From: Macrostomum lignano
Taxonomy: Eukaryota
Direction: 5' to 3'
DNA length: 64,000 nt
NCBI GenBank assembly: GCA_002269645.1
Contig: NIVC01001891.1
Coordinates: 1 to 64,000 of the forward strand
The stretch's first letter is position 1. Each line of letters begins with the position of its first letter. A model generated the notes under the pieces. The model was not told the DNA's origin. It did not search any database and saw only the letters and a program-made list of their open reading frames with translations. The position numbers and the translations under genes were made by a program. Shown here piece by piece: positions 1-12,740 of this stretch.

Positions 1-405
1 TGCTGGGCCAGCCTCCCAGATCCTCAGCTGCTGGGCCAGCCTCCCAGATCCTCAGTTGCTGGGCCAGGCCTCCCAGATCCTCAGTGCTGGGCCAGCCTCC
101 AGATCCTCAGTTGCTGGGCCACAGCCTCCCAGATCCTCAGTTGCTGGGGCCAGCCTCCCAGATCCTCAGTTGCTGGCCAGCCTCCCAGATCCTCAGTTTG
201 CTGGGCCAGCCTCCCAGATCCTCAGTTGCTGGGGCCAGCCTCCCAGATCCTCAGTTGCTGGGCCAGCCTCCCAGATCCTCAGTTGCTGGGCCAGCCTCCC
301 AGATCCTCAGTTAGCTGGCCAGCCTCCAGATCCTTAGTTGCTGGGCCAGCCTCCCAGATCCTCAGTTGCTGGGCCAGCCTCCCAGATCCTTAGTTGCTGG
401 GCCGC
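1..405 (+). repeat. Minisatellite, ~28-bp unit (gctgggccagcctcccagatcctcagtt), truncated by window start
   Basis: About 14 near-identical tandem units; the ORFs at 56-337 and 84-314 are translations of this repeat. Confidence 0.95.
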
Positions 406-2060
406 CCAAGTAGCAAGTCGAAGCATGTAAAATGTTTCAGAAAAACTCATCAAGTGCTCCTTCATTTCACTGCGCCTCATTGGAATTTGTCAGCTGTTCT
501 ATTTTTTCACTTGTGTCCGCAGTGCTAGCGGAACAATTACTTTTATTCAAATTAACTAAATTTGGGCTTTCTGTCATGTCTGGGCTTCAATAAGCGGGGC
601 AGGTAATGCAGCTTTTTGATAGTAATCTCGTGCAGATTAATTTAGTTCGTGCTTACGTGTCTTTCAAGACCAATTAATTGTGCGATACAGTGTCATTATA
701 TTTACTGTCACAATGTTCATCGATTATATAGCTTTCTAAATTTACCTAGCTAACCAATATTTACTTTTAGTAGTAGTAGTAGTAGCAGTAGATAGTAGTA
801 CTTATAGTAATATACACAATTTTAGTTGCTTATGAAAGTTTGTCGTGGTTTTGTATATAGTACATGTAAAATTTGTTTGCGGTTTGTAATGCATTTTTAA
901 TTAATCGCATCTGTTTATATAATCTATGTTGGTAATCATTTTTAGTCGGACAAAATGTTTCTAATATATGAAAAGCATCGACATCAACCACAGCGGTTTA
1001 GAACCTTGAATTTTAAACAAATAAATGCATTTATACTTTAAATATATAAATTCAATTAATAATAGCAAATCCGAAACATTTTGCTTGAAATTCACAAATT
1101 TTGCTAACATTTATTGCAGTTCAAAAAAGCTTGTTACTTGTTCATTTACCAGTTTTTTTTCAAATTTTAATTCCCATGTCCTTTACAGCTACTTAAAGTG
1201 GATGCACATTTTTAAAATCGATAAAAAGGTGCTTTGAGACAAATACGAGCCGTATTTTATTGTAATTTCCAAGAAAAAGCCTACTATAGCAGTAGTGATG
1301 TCGGTAAAAAATAAGAAATATTATATATTTTGAAATGTCAACAAAAGTCACAAAAAGTTGTTACGCATTAATTTAATCTAGCAATAGAAAGGTTACAATT
1401 TACAATCAATTTTGCAATGAAAAAGCAGTCTATTACATGTAACATGTACCTTAGTAGTAATTAAAATTTGAAAGCTCAATTAATAATTAAGCACAATAAT
1501 ATTGACATTACGAACGTAAATGTCAACAAAACGAGCAGAATCAGTTAGTCTATCGATTGCAATGGACTTACCGCTAATAGATAACAAGCAAAGTCTAAGT
1601 AAGAGGACAACCCGATATGTCGTGTAAACAACTAGAAAGCCTAAATTTTCTTTAAAATATTCTTGGTTTAATAAAGAGCGCACCAACAAGTACATTATTT
1701 AAAATCTAGTTACTCTAATGAACTAGTATTGCGAGCAGTCCCTTACTAACAGAATAAATATCAAACGTTCGATTATACTTATTAGCTCGTAATATGCATG
1801 CATAAACGAATCAAGTTCTGGTTTATAAGAGGTTCAACGACAACATGTGAAAATATTTCGTAGAGAAAGGCAACACGGAGAATGAACAGAAAATAAATAC
1901 CTTGATAAGCGCCGCTGAATACTCGTAGATTTTTAAACGAAAAAGCTACCAAAATACGAGAAAAACAGTATCTCAATAGTCAGCAATACGTGCAGTGTAT
2001 GCTACTTACTATAAGTAGGCGCATTGCGTTGTGTTATTTCTTTAATTATAGGCTTGCTGG

Positions 2061-5000
2061 CTACGTGTGCCTGGGTTCGTCGGGCACAGAGGCGAATTCC
2101 GGAAAGCAGACGTCGGGTCTGTCGCCGTTTAGCAGCTCGTTCTCGTCCTCGGTCAGTCGCCTGCGGCCTTGAAAGCGTTTAGAAACATTTATTAAAAGCA
2201 TCAGCTTTCACAGTCGACAGCTATAAGACAGACAGACGGACAGACAGACAGGCAGGCAGGCGGACAGACATACAGTCAGGCAGGCAGACAGACAGACAGA
2301 CAGACAGACAGGCAGGCAGGCAGGCGGACAGACAGACAGACAGACAGACAGACAGTCAGACAGACAGACAGACAGACGGACACAGACAGACAGACAGGCA
2401 GACAGACGGACACAGACAGACAGGCAGACAGACAGACAGACAGGCTATTACCTTCGTGCCTGGCGATGAACAGCTGGGTGACTCTCGAGGACAGCTGTAA
2501 GGCCTCCCTGGGCTCCAGGGCGTGAGTCAGGCCCATCCGCTTGGAGAGCCAGAAGGCCGCGTACAGACCCGAGTCTGACTGGGCAGCATGGTTGGTGCCG
2601 CTGCGGGATGGCGGTAAGAAAGGGGCGGTTCTTAGGGGAAGATTAAGACAGGGCGATTTTCAGGGGCGGATTAAGAAAGAGGGCGGTTCTTAGAGCGGAA
2701 TAAGAAAGGGGAGCCTCTAGAGGCGGATTAAGAATGGGGCGAATCTTACGGGGCGGATTAAGAAAGGGGCGGATTAAGAAAGGGGCGATTCTTAGAGGCG
2801 GATTAAGGGGCGATTCTTAGAGGCGGATTAAGAATGGGGCGGTTCTTAGAGGCGGATTAAGAATGGGGCGGTTCTTAGAGGCGGATTAAGAATGGGGCGG
2901 TTCTTAGAGGCGGATTAAGAAAGGGGCGATTCTTAGAGGCGGATTAAGAAAGGGGCGATTGTTAAAGGCGGATTAAGAATGGGGCGGTTCTTAGAGGCGG
3001 ATTAAGAATGGGGCGGTTCTTAGAGACGGATTAAGACAGGGGCGGTTCTTAGAGGCGGATTAAGAAAGGGGCGGTTCTTAGAGGCGGATTAAGAAAGGGG
3101 GCGATTCTTAGAGGCGGATTAAGAAAGGGGGCGATTCTTAGAGGCGGATTAAGACAGGGGCGGTTCTTAGAGGCGGATTAAGAAAGGGGCGATTCTTAAA
3201 GGCGGATTAAGAAAGGGGCGATTCTTAGAGGCGGATTAAGACAGGGGCGGTTCTTAGAGGCGGATTAAGACAGGGGCGGTTCTTAGAGGCGGATTAAGAA
3301 AGGGGCGGTTCTTAGAGGCGGATTAAGAAAGGGGGCGATTCTTAGAGGCGGATTAAGACAGGGGCGGTTCTTAGAGGCGGATTAAGAAAGGGGCGATTCT
3401 TAAAGGCGGATTAAGAAAGGGGCGATTCTTAGGGGGGGGTGGATTAAGAAAGGGGCGGTTCTTAGGGACGGATTAAGAAAGGGGCGATTCTTAGGGGGGT
3501 GGATTAAGAAAGGGGCGGTTCTTAGGGACGGATTAAGAAAGGGGCGATTCTTAGGGGGGTGGATTAAGAAAGGGGCGGTTCTTAGGGACGGATTAAGAAA
3601 GGGGGCGATTCTTAGAGGCGGATTAAGAAAGGGGCGATTCCTAGAGGCGGATTAAAAAAGGGGCGGCTCTTAGAGATGGGACAAATACAACAAAACACGA
3701 TTTCCATAAACTCACCGAATAGTAAGAACGGTAGACATTCCCTTACTCAAACCGGGCGACTCCAGGACCTCTCTAGCCCTGGCCACGTTAGTCTCCCAGT
3801 GAAAATGCTCATCATTCAGAAATAGCACAGGGACTTTGAGCTTCCTATACAGCTCGGGATCCACTGGATGCATCCATACATCGTGTAGAGAGCAGGTTCT
3901 GAGTTTAAAGTAAAAATTTTTTTGAGAAAAAGTTACTTTTACGGTGAATGCGCAATTTACTCTAATAAGTAGACAAATTAGTCACTTTTTTCTATTCAAT
4001 TGATTGGATTATAGGGCTGCCACTCACTGATAGAGTCCCTCCGGCGCTGTGATAGCGGCTGTGAGAGCCGTGGCCGCGCCGAACGAATGGCCCATGATGT
4101 GAATTCGATTCGTGTCTATTCGATCCTGAAGAATTCGAATATAATGACAAGTTGTGATTGGTACATTGTTGTAGGATTTGACACCTGGTTAACGTACATC
4201 TTAACATTTTAGGGTTGATATTTTTAGCATATGCGACATCTTAAGAGGCCTTACGGGTGTCGTCCTATTTGCCAGGGTCAACGAATTAGTTGTTAGGGGC
4301 ATTGATTTAGTTGCTACGGCATTAATTTGGTTGCTAGGGCCACCGAATTAGTTGCTATGGTCATTGATTTGGTTTCTAGGGTCACGAAATCGATTGCTAT
4401 GGCCACTGGTTTTGTTGCTAGGGTCACTGAATTTGTTGCTATGGTCACTGAATTGGTTGCTATGGTCATTGAATTGGTTGCTAGGGTCACTAAATTGGTT
4501 GCTATGGTCATTGAATTGGTTGCTAGGGTAACTGAATTGGTTGGTTGCTATGGTCATTGAATTGGTTGCTAGGGTCACCGAATTGGTTGCTATGGTCACT
4601 GAATTGGTTGCTATGGTCATTGAATTGGTTGCTAGGGTCACTGAATTGGTTGCTTTGGTCATTGAATTGGTTGCTAGGGTCACCGAATTGGTTGCCATGG
4701 TCATTGATCTAGTTACTAGTGCCACCAATTTGGCTTTCAAGTACATTAATTTGAGAGATTTGGCAGCTTCAGGCCCCAAACCAATTCTCTGTTACTAGCC
4801 AGAAGTCTCACCTTAAACTGGACCAACAACCAGTCGAACTGTTTTCCCCTACAGCCTGGCATCCAATTGCTGACTGCCTGACCTTTGTGCAGCCTCAGCA
4901 TCGTGTCAGTCAGCTGAATGGCTTCAGCAGCCCGATGCCGAACCTGCTTGTTTCTATAAGGATAATCGCTTAAAACATGCTTCTCATAGTGCAGCCAGAC

Positions 5001-6131
5001 TCTCTGCTCTTCCTGCTGCTTTCTGAGCCTCTTCAACTCGACTTTGTCGGTTACAGTTGTCGTTGTCGCTTCCGCATCGACGCTATCGCCGTCGTAGCTG
5101 GCGCTTACAGCTTCTGGTAGGAAGAAGCTGCAAGAGCCAGACCCGTCCCTGTGCTCAACTGAGGCAACTATGAAGCCGTGAGATGCCAAGTCCAGACAGA
5201 TCGCCGAGTACACATGTCTTTGACCGCCCAGGCCGTGTGAAAATATTATCATGGGTAGGCGTTGTTTCTGCTGCTTCTGTGGTTGCTGCTCTTGATTGCT
5301 CGGCGATGTTTCCGCATCTGCTGGTTCTGCTTTTAGAGGCAAGGAGTGAAAATAATGACCTTGAAACCAATCTGGGAAAGATTTCCTAAACGACCTTGAA
5401 ATCAATCTGGAGGCGTACATGTACCGAATGTACGTTCTCATAAAAAAACTTGAAATCAATCTGGGGGTTTCTCAAATGACCTTGAAATCAATCTGGGGGG
5501 GTTTCCTAAATGAACTTGAAACTAATCTGGGAAAGATTTCCTAAATGACCTTGAAATCAATCTGGAGGCGTACGTTCTCATAAAAAACCTCGAAATCAAT
5601 CTGGGGGGTTTCCCAAACGACCCTGAAATCAATCAGGGGGGTTTCCTATAAATGACCTTGAAAGCAATCTGGAGGGGGTTTCTAAATGCATGACCTTGAC
5701 ATTAATGTACAGTAGAAGAGTTTGAAATTAAACGACCTTGAAATCAACCAATCAACCTCGAAATAAATCTAGAAAAGTGCTTTCTAAAATGACCTTGATA
5801 ATTACAAACGACAGTCTCGCTCGCCTAACTTACTCGACTGTTCCAGCTTCACCCAATCGTTATTATCGTCAGCTCCGATCAATGGCGCATGCCAGGCGCA
5901 ACAGAGTCGCAGCCGACTTGCCGCCCAAGCAAAGAAGCCGCGCAACCAGCGACTCCAATGTAGAAAGTCCAACAGACCGTGAACGTACTCAGGCTCAGTG
6001 TACCGATGCCCGTTCTCCACCTGGGTTTCTGTTGGATAGTAGATCCTAGCTAGAACGCCCGACCTGCCGCATTCCGTAAGCAAGTCAAAGGCTCCCACAT
6101 TGTGGGCACCGCTTGGTTGATAGACGAAATT
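2061..6131 (-). CDS. PAFAH2: Platelet-activating factor acetylhydrolase (PAFAH2/PLA2G7-like serine lipase), 5'-partial
   Basis: Exons 6131-5834, 5329-4812, 4125-4028, 3898-3716, 2600-2452, 2167-2061 all have AG/GT boundaries, matching phases, and total 1353 nt ending in TAG. Motifs: PSGAHNVGAFD, IYYP, IIFSHGLGG, VASVEHRD, nucleophile GHSFG, HDVWMHP (Asp), GTNHAAQSD (His). The ATG-containing first exon was not located. PAFAH2 vs PLA2G7 orthology is not resolvable by eye. Confidence 0.9.
2227..2443 (+). repeat. (GACA)n/(GGCA)n microsatellite in last PAF-AH intron
   Basis: Directly visible tetranucleotide run. Confidence 0.95.
2618..3670 (+). repeat. G-rich minisatellite, ~29-bp unit (ggcggattaagaaaggggcgattcttaga), intronic
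   Basis: More than 30 tandem units; each contains taagaa...ttctta self-complementary arms. Confidence 0.95.
4283..4720 (+). repeat. Minisatellite, 21-bp unit with alternating A/B variants (ttgctagggtcactgaattgg / ttgctatggtcattgaattgg)
   Basis: About 20 tandem units inside the intron 4126-4811. Confidence 0.95.
5353..5800 (+). repeat. Degenerate tandem repeat built on aatgaccttgaaatcaatctgg
   Basis: About 10 irregularly spaced copies in the PAF-AH intron 5330-5833. Confidence 0.85.
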
Positions 6132-6174
6132 CTGAAGGTTAAAACAAAAAGTTAAATAATACTAGGCAAATTTT

Positions 6175-6332
6175 CTAAATGACCTTGAATTCGATCTCGG
6201 AAAGTTTCCCTAAATGACCTTGAAATCGATCTGGGAAAGTTTCCTTAATTGACCTTGAAATCAATCAAAATATTTCCATAAATGACCTTGAAATCGATCT
6301 GGGAAAGTTTCCTTAATTGACCTTGAAATCAA
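6175..6332 (+). repeat. Second array of the tgaccttgaaatc repeat (~35-bp unit)
   Basis: Five copies just upstream (minus-strand sense) of the 6131 exon. Confidence 0.85.
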
Positions 6333-6554
6333 GAAAGTTCAGGACTGCTGTACACCATAGGTGAGTCTCAGGGGTCAGCTAGAACTGACGTGACTGTTCT
6401 GCTTCCTCGAGCGCCTGTGATTCGCGACAGTGGCCTGTAAAGTCTCCTGCGAACTCACGAGCTGGATAACAAACTGACTGGCCTCTCTGTCCAGACCTCG
6501 GGTCCTTTGAAACTTTACAATAACAATTCGGCCCGCTTAAGGTTTGTGTCTCTT

Positions 6555-6717
6555 CTCAGCTCTCCTCTCTTCTCACCTCTCTCTTCTCCTCTCTTCTCCT
6601 CTCCTCTCCTCTCCTCTCCTTTCCTTCCCTCTTCTCTCCTCTCATCTCATATCTTCTCCTCTCCTCTTCTCTCCTCGGCTCTCCTCTCCTCTCCTCTTCT
6701 CTCCTCTCCTCTCCTCT
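6555..6717 (+). repeat. (CTCTC/CTCTT)n pyrimidine microsatellite
   Basis: Directly visible. Confidence 0.95.
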
Positions 6718-7233
6718 GGCCTTCGAGTTAAAAAAGGTTTGCCGACTCCATGAACTATGCAACTCCGCTAGAGTACGACCAAGTGCTGTTTTTTTAAAAG
6801 AAGTGGTGCCACTTTAAAATAGTCTGGGTTTTTTACATAAAAAAACACCTCCAATATTCAACCTTTGAACGGAGGAGAGAGAGAAAAAGCCTTAACTAAG
6901 TGCCCGCGAATTCAACCAGCCCTGCATGCAGTGTTTTGCGAGTACAAAGTACACTACTAAAGACACTGACAGCTGGGGCTTGTGAAATTTTGATATTGAA
7001 GCTCAGGCTGCCCAGCAGAGATAAGAGCCCATTTTAGGTAATGAGCATATATGTTCTAATCTATTTTTAGCAACTAAAATAGCAAGACTGGCAATTGAGT
7101 ACATTTCAAACTCCAAAGAACCTTCATAGAGTCCGTACATAGCATTTGATATACCACAAATGACCTTCAGATGTACTGGTACTTTTATTGACTTAATTCA
7201 GACCTGATTGCATCAGAAATTCCCAGAATCCTA

Positions 7234-7370
7234 TACGAGGGTCACTCAGAAAGTCTTTAGCCTGAGTAGAATCCACGAGACGTAGAAGCATGAAATTTGT
7301 CTATGGTAAAGACCAACTTTTAAAAGTATTGCAGCAAAATTTTCAAACTAGAAGCAGCCACTTTCGAGTC
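7234..7370 (+). mobile_element. Possible mariner-like terminal remnant
   Basis: TA followed by cgagggtcactcagaaagt resembles mariner TIR starts; no partner TIR or transposase found. Confidence 0.3.
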
Positions 7371-7627
7371 CTGCTCGTCTGCTCTGATCTGATCTGCTCT
7401 GAGGCTGCTCTGATCTATGAATCTTACATTTTTCTGATAAAATTCTAGGATAGGTTTTATTGTTAGAATCCAATTTTTATAGACCAAATATAAAGTACAG
7501 ATTTTTGGATCTAGGGATTGATTTGTTTAATAGATGCACAAAAAATTTATTTACTATGGCTTTTACTATGATTGATTAATTTATTCTATGACAATGGGCG
7601 ATTAAAATACAGTCTAGATAAAGATTC

Positions 7628-7769
7628 CAGTGGCAGATCTAAGGCCTATAAACCTCTTTTTCTGTGGCTAGACTTGCAAAATTCAAGTTTATTTAGGGCT
7701 TATTTTGGGCCAACCCAAAAACTTTGGCCAATCCACCCCCTTACTTAAAAAATTCTGGATCCGCCACAG
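7628..7769. mobile_element. Small MITE-like element
   Basis: Imperfect terminal inverted repeats cagtggcagatcta ... ctggatccgccacag; no TSD confirmed. Confidence 0.35.
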
Positions 7770-9911
7770 AAATATTTCTTGTTTAGATAGTTTTATTCCA
7801 TTTATTAAGAGATTAGATTTATCATATAATCCAAAAGACTAGCAATGTAAGACATTTTTAATATTAATATTGTTAATTAAACTTAAAGCTTATTTTGATT
7901 TTTACAAGTTATTCAATTATAAAATTATACTAAATTCAGTGTCCCAAAATGCTATTTACAACCCAAATTGAGTATAATCAACCAAAAAACTATTTTAAGC
8001 TTATAGCAGGTACTAAGATATTAGATTACATGGCATAATCTATGCTAAATATTAATAAATAGAACTAACTAAAAATTACAATTCTTTATAAACAATATTT
8101 AAAAAAACTAGCTAAGTAGCTTTAAAAGTTGAATTTGTATTCTTTTAATTGTTAATCTGATTAGTAATAAATTACTGTTCTTTATCTTTAGACTTCAAAG
8201 GTTTTTTGTAGCTATTACAAAAAATTACTAGGTAAAGCACAATGTAAATAGTTATTAAGTTTGGTTGACAACTACAGTATAGGTATAGTATAGATAGTAT
8301 AGAATAGCCTAGTCCTGGGCGGACTCCTGGGTAAGTTCTAGGATAGACATTATAGACATCGTTGATACATTGTGTGAAAACCTTAGTCAAGTGTTTCTAT
8401 AGTGACAAGTTTTGCAAAGCTTTATAGACAACCTCCTAAAACAAGTTGTGATTAGCTGTAGTGGGATCGAGTTACAAACATATTGTGTGTGTGCCAGAAA
8501 GCGGTCTAGAAAGAAATAACAACCAGTCGTGAACAAAACTGACCGTGTTTTCTTGGAAAGTTTCAAGTTTAAAAGCACGCGACAATGTAGTAACTAGAGT
8601 ACATACTAAGTCAAAAGGTTATAACAAAAGCTTTTAACATATTTAATCGGTCGGACTGGCAAATTCTTTTCTTCCAAAGCATATTCATTGCAGTAAAAGT
8701 GGTTCAACGACCAAATGAGCACCAAAAGGCCTATTTTATTCCAATTGCCATTTACTAGCCAGTATTTTTGTGCATTAATTTCTGTGTGCATACATTTATG
8801 TGAAAAATAAATGCTCTAGTACTATTTTAAGGTCCCACTAGCCCACTCCTAGAGAATTGTAACTCTTTAAAATGCTGGAGAACTTTGTTGCAAGCATATA
8901 GTTTTGCGCCAGTCTACGCATGTAATGCGTCACTCGACTCCATCATTTTCATGGAAAATACGTATGAAGTTCATGAAAGTTCTAATTAGCTGTTAATATT
9001 TTTCATTTATTACAAGGTCTAAAATTAGCACGTACATTCAATAATGTGTAGTTTATGATGTGCTATAGTATCGTAATTAATGATGCACAGAACTTCATAG
9101 GTTCTAGCAAATGAAAACAAATCTTCAAACTCAACTGCTCCATTAACGATTGATGCAGGAACCATGCATACGCTACCCACCTCCCACCGATCGTCTTAGC
9201 TAAACGCATGCATAATTTAATCCGCGCCACTCCCAAAAAGAGCACGCGCATTTGCGCGCGTGTCTCGTCCGGCCTCCAACGACGATAAGAAAATCCGCGA
9301 TCAAGGACGTTCTTCAGTCAGGAGCATTTACACGTATACTGTATGCAGCTGCTTTATCAATTGATCACGAATCCTAATTTATAGATCGTCTAAGTGCGTG
9401 CCTGCTCAGCTCATTTAAAATGGGCCAGCCATCGACTAGGGAGGCGCGTATTGTGATCACCCGGGGGGAGAGAGAAGGAAATGGAGAAAGGAAATATCTG
9501 AGAGTCTATATAAATTTTTCACGAGGTGAACTAGCTAGGCAATTTCGCCGTAAATTACTTTTCCTTATATAAGGACAAAAATGGCTTACAATGTAAGTGT
9601 TTAAGGTTTCTTCCTCTCGCTGCATTCGCTGCACTTTCTACGCTCGTATTCTCATATGGATACTCAGACTCAGACCATGCATAAAGTGTATTGTGCAGAT
9701 TTCGTGCCCAGTAGTAACTACATGTGTAGTTGGTGACTCATATTGAATTACACCCAGATTGTATCGCATCCTCGCGTGCAGGCAATAAGCTATGCATGCA
9801 TGAGAGCCACACCCACACACAACTTGCTGAAAAATTATTGGAAAAATATTGGATTATGTCAAAGTGGTACTTTAACTACACCCAGATACATGTACCTCGG
9901 GTTAGACCATA

Positions 9912-11100
9912 GATACCTCAGCTAACCTTCAGATGCCTGAGCTACCCTTCAGATGCCTTCAGCTATACTATTCAGATGCCTCAGCTACCCTTCAGATGCC
10001 TCAGCTACGCTGCAGATACCTCAGCTACCCTTCAGATGCCTCAGCTACCCTTCAGCTGCCTCAGCTACGCTGCAGATACCTCAGCTACCCTTCAGATGCC
10101 TCAGCTACCCTTCAGCTGCCTCAGCTACGCTGCAGATACCTCAGCTACCCTTCAGATGCCTCAGCTACCCTTCAGATGCCTCAGCTACCCTTCAGATGCC
10201 TCAGCTACGCTGCAGATACCTCAGCTAACCTTCAGATGCCTTCATCTATACTATTCAGATGCCTCAGGTACCCTTCAGATGCCTCAGGTACCCTTCAGAT
10301 GCCTCAGCTAACCTTCAGATACCTCAGCTACCCTTCAGATACCTTCAGCTATACTATTCAGATGCCTCAGCTACCCTTCAGATACCTTCAGCTATACTAT
10401 TCAGATGCCTCAGCTACCCTTCAGATGCCTCAGCTACGCTGCAGATACCTCAGCTAACCTTCAGATGCCTTCATCTATACTATTCAGATGCCTCAGGTAC
10501 CCTTCAGATGCCTCAGCTAACCTTCAGATGCCTCAGCTACCCTTCAGATGCCTCAGCTACCCTTCAGATGCCTCAGCTACGCTGAAGATACCTCAGCTAC
10601 CCTTCAGATGCCTCAGCTACCCTTCAGATGCCTCAGCTACGCTGAAGATACCTCAGCTACCCTTCAGATGCCTCAGCTACCCTTCAGATGCCCCAGCTAC
10701 CCTTCAGCTGCCTCTGCTACGCTGCAGATACCTCAGCTACCCTTTAGATGCCTCAGCTACCCTTCAGATGCCTCAGCTACGCTGCAGATATCTCAGCTAC
10801 CCTTCAGATGCCTCAGCTACCCTTCAGATGCCTCAGCTACGCTGCAGATACCTCAGCTACCCTTCAGATGCCTCAGCTACCCTTCAGATGCCTCAGCTAC
10901 GCTGCAGATACCTCAGCTACACCTCAGATACCTCAGCTACCTTTCAGATACCTCAGTCCTCAGCTACACCCCAGATACCTCAGCTACACCCCAGATACCT
11001 CAGCTACACCTCAGATACCTCAGCTACCTTTCAGATACCTCAGTCCTCAGCTACACCCCAGATACCTCAGCTACACCCCAGATACCTCAGCTACCCCCAG
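9912..11100 (+). repeat. Minisatellite, 20-bp unit (cctcagctacccttcagatg) with variant units and a diverged right end
   Basis: About 55 tandem units; the long ORFs 9933-11274 are repeat translations. Confidence 0.95.
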
Positions 11101-11470
11101 GCACCGCAACTGAACTCAGGTTTAAAAAGCATTCAAGCAATTCAACCTCAACGGTCGAGCGGTTCCAAGTTTACCCACACTCTATTCTGTCTGTGTGAAG
11201 TCACTCGGAACTGTCACTCAAATTTTCTGTCTCGCATGAAAATGCCTCTTTGCAAACAGCAGCATCTTCTCTAGCTGTGCTTCAATTTATTTTAGTCTGT
11301 GAACAACATTTCTCTAGCTTCAAAAATCAATACTGTCAGTTTATGCCCGTCACTGCCACAGCCATCGAAAGCCATCAATTTTACATACTCAACAGTCCTT
11401 TGCGAGTTCCCTCAAGTTAATTGGCTGAATTTCCATGGAATCATCAAATCAAATAAACTTTTTGGATATC

Positions 11471-11670
11471 AATGTCAGATAGTCTGAAAGCTGGGGTGTC
11501 AGATGGTCTGAAATCCGGGGTGTCAGATGGTCTGAAATCCGGGGTGTCAGATGGTCTGAAATCCGGGGTGTCACATAGTCTGAAATCCGGGGTGTCAGAT
11601 GGTCTGAAATCCGGGGTGTCAGATGATCTGAAATCCGGTGTGTCACATGGTCTGACAGACAGGGTGTCCG
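11471..11670 (+). repeat. Minisatellite, 24-bp unit (ggggtgtcagatggtctgaaatcc)
   Basis: About 8 tandem units. Confidence 0.95.
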
Positions 11671-12409
11671 ATGCAAATGATGCTATTATTGTAATATTAT
11701 ATAATATTAAGTACAGGTATTATAGAGACTCACAACTTTGATTTATTGCATGCATGCATTTTAGCAAAACACCCATAGAGGGCGTACGAGCATTCGGGGC
11801 TCGTATCAGGAGTTCTGCTTTAGTCACAGCCAGTCAGCTTGTGTGCGTGTGTGGTCCACCCCGGGTGAAAACTAAACCAATTCCGGTCGGTTATAATATT
11901 TTTTGTTGGCCCGTCTCCATTAATTTTCTTTTCGCCTTCTCTCTCCCTCTCTTGCTCTATCTCGAATGCTGGTGGGGGCTTGTTTGGGTTTGGGCTTTCT
12001 CTTACTTCTCTCTCCCTCTCTGCTCTCAATTCTCAGCCCGCCGTAGCCAACAGGCTAATTCTCAAGGCTAGTTCCAGTTAGTACACTACGAGTACATAAA
12101 AATGCATAAATTGCATTATTTCCACTCGCCTCTCGCTACAGCTCATATGCATCTAATTGTGTTCGGCTTCTATAATATAGAAGTCTTCGCCTCATCCATT
12201 CTCTTTTAATTTGTATCGATAATTCTCGTATATACTCGTAATTACATGTAAGTTATAATAAAGTCCCAGCAAATTATAACGAAGATGGACATCATTATTT
12301 GAATCGTGCTGAAAGACTATAAGGGTAAGTATATTAACATATAGTTAATACCATATTTTTTCTTATAAATTATACCATAAAAGGACTCTATCATCACAAC
12401 ACTTACATT

Positions 12410-12740
12410 TAAAACCCCAAAATTCACAACTCTGAATTTCAAAAACCCCAACCTCCACAAACCCTAAAATTCACAGCATTAAACTTCACGAACCCCAACC
12501 TCCACAAACCCTAAAATTCACAGCATTAAACTTCACAAACCCCAACCTCCACAAACCCTAAAATTCACAGCATTAAACTTCACGAACCCCAACCTCCACA
12601 AACCCTAAAATTCACAGCATTAAACTTCACGAACCCCAACCTCCACAAACCCTAAAATTCACAGCATTAAACTTCACAAACCCCGACCTCCGCAAACCCT
12701 AAAATTCACAACATTAAACTTCACAAACCCTAAACTTTAG
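12410..12740 (+). repeat. Minisatellite, 47-bp unit (aaacttcacgaaccccaacctccacaaaccctaaaattcacagcatt)
   Basis: About 6-7 tandem units. Confidence 0.95.

Noticed and set aside
2618-3670. CRISPR-like palindromic 29-bp repeats
   Set aside because: Repeats are head-to-tail with no unique spacers, lie in a spliceosomal intron, and no cas genes are present.
9933-11274. Long ORFs (up to 289 aa) on the plus strand
   Set aside because: They are translations of a 20-bp minisatellite, open in several frames; the same applies to ORFs in the arrays at 1-405, 4283-4720, 13543-13930, 28130-30835 and 58826-59000.
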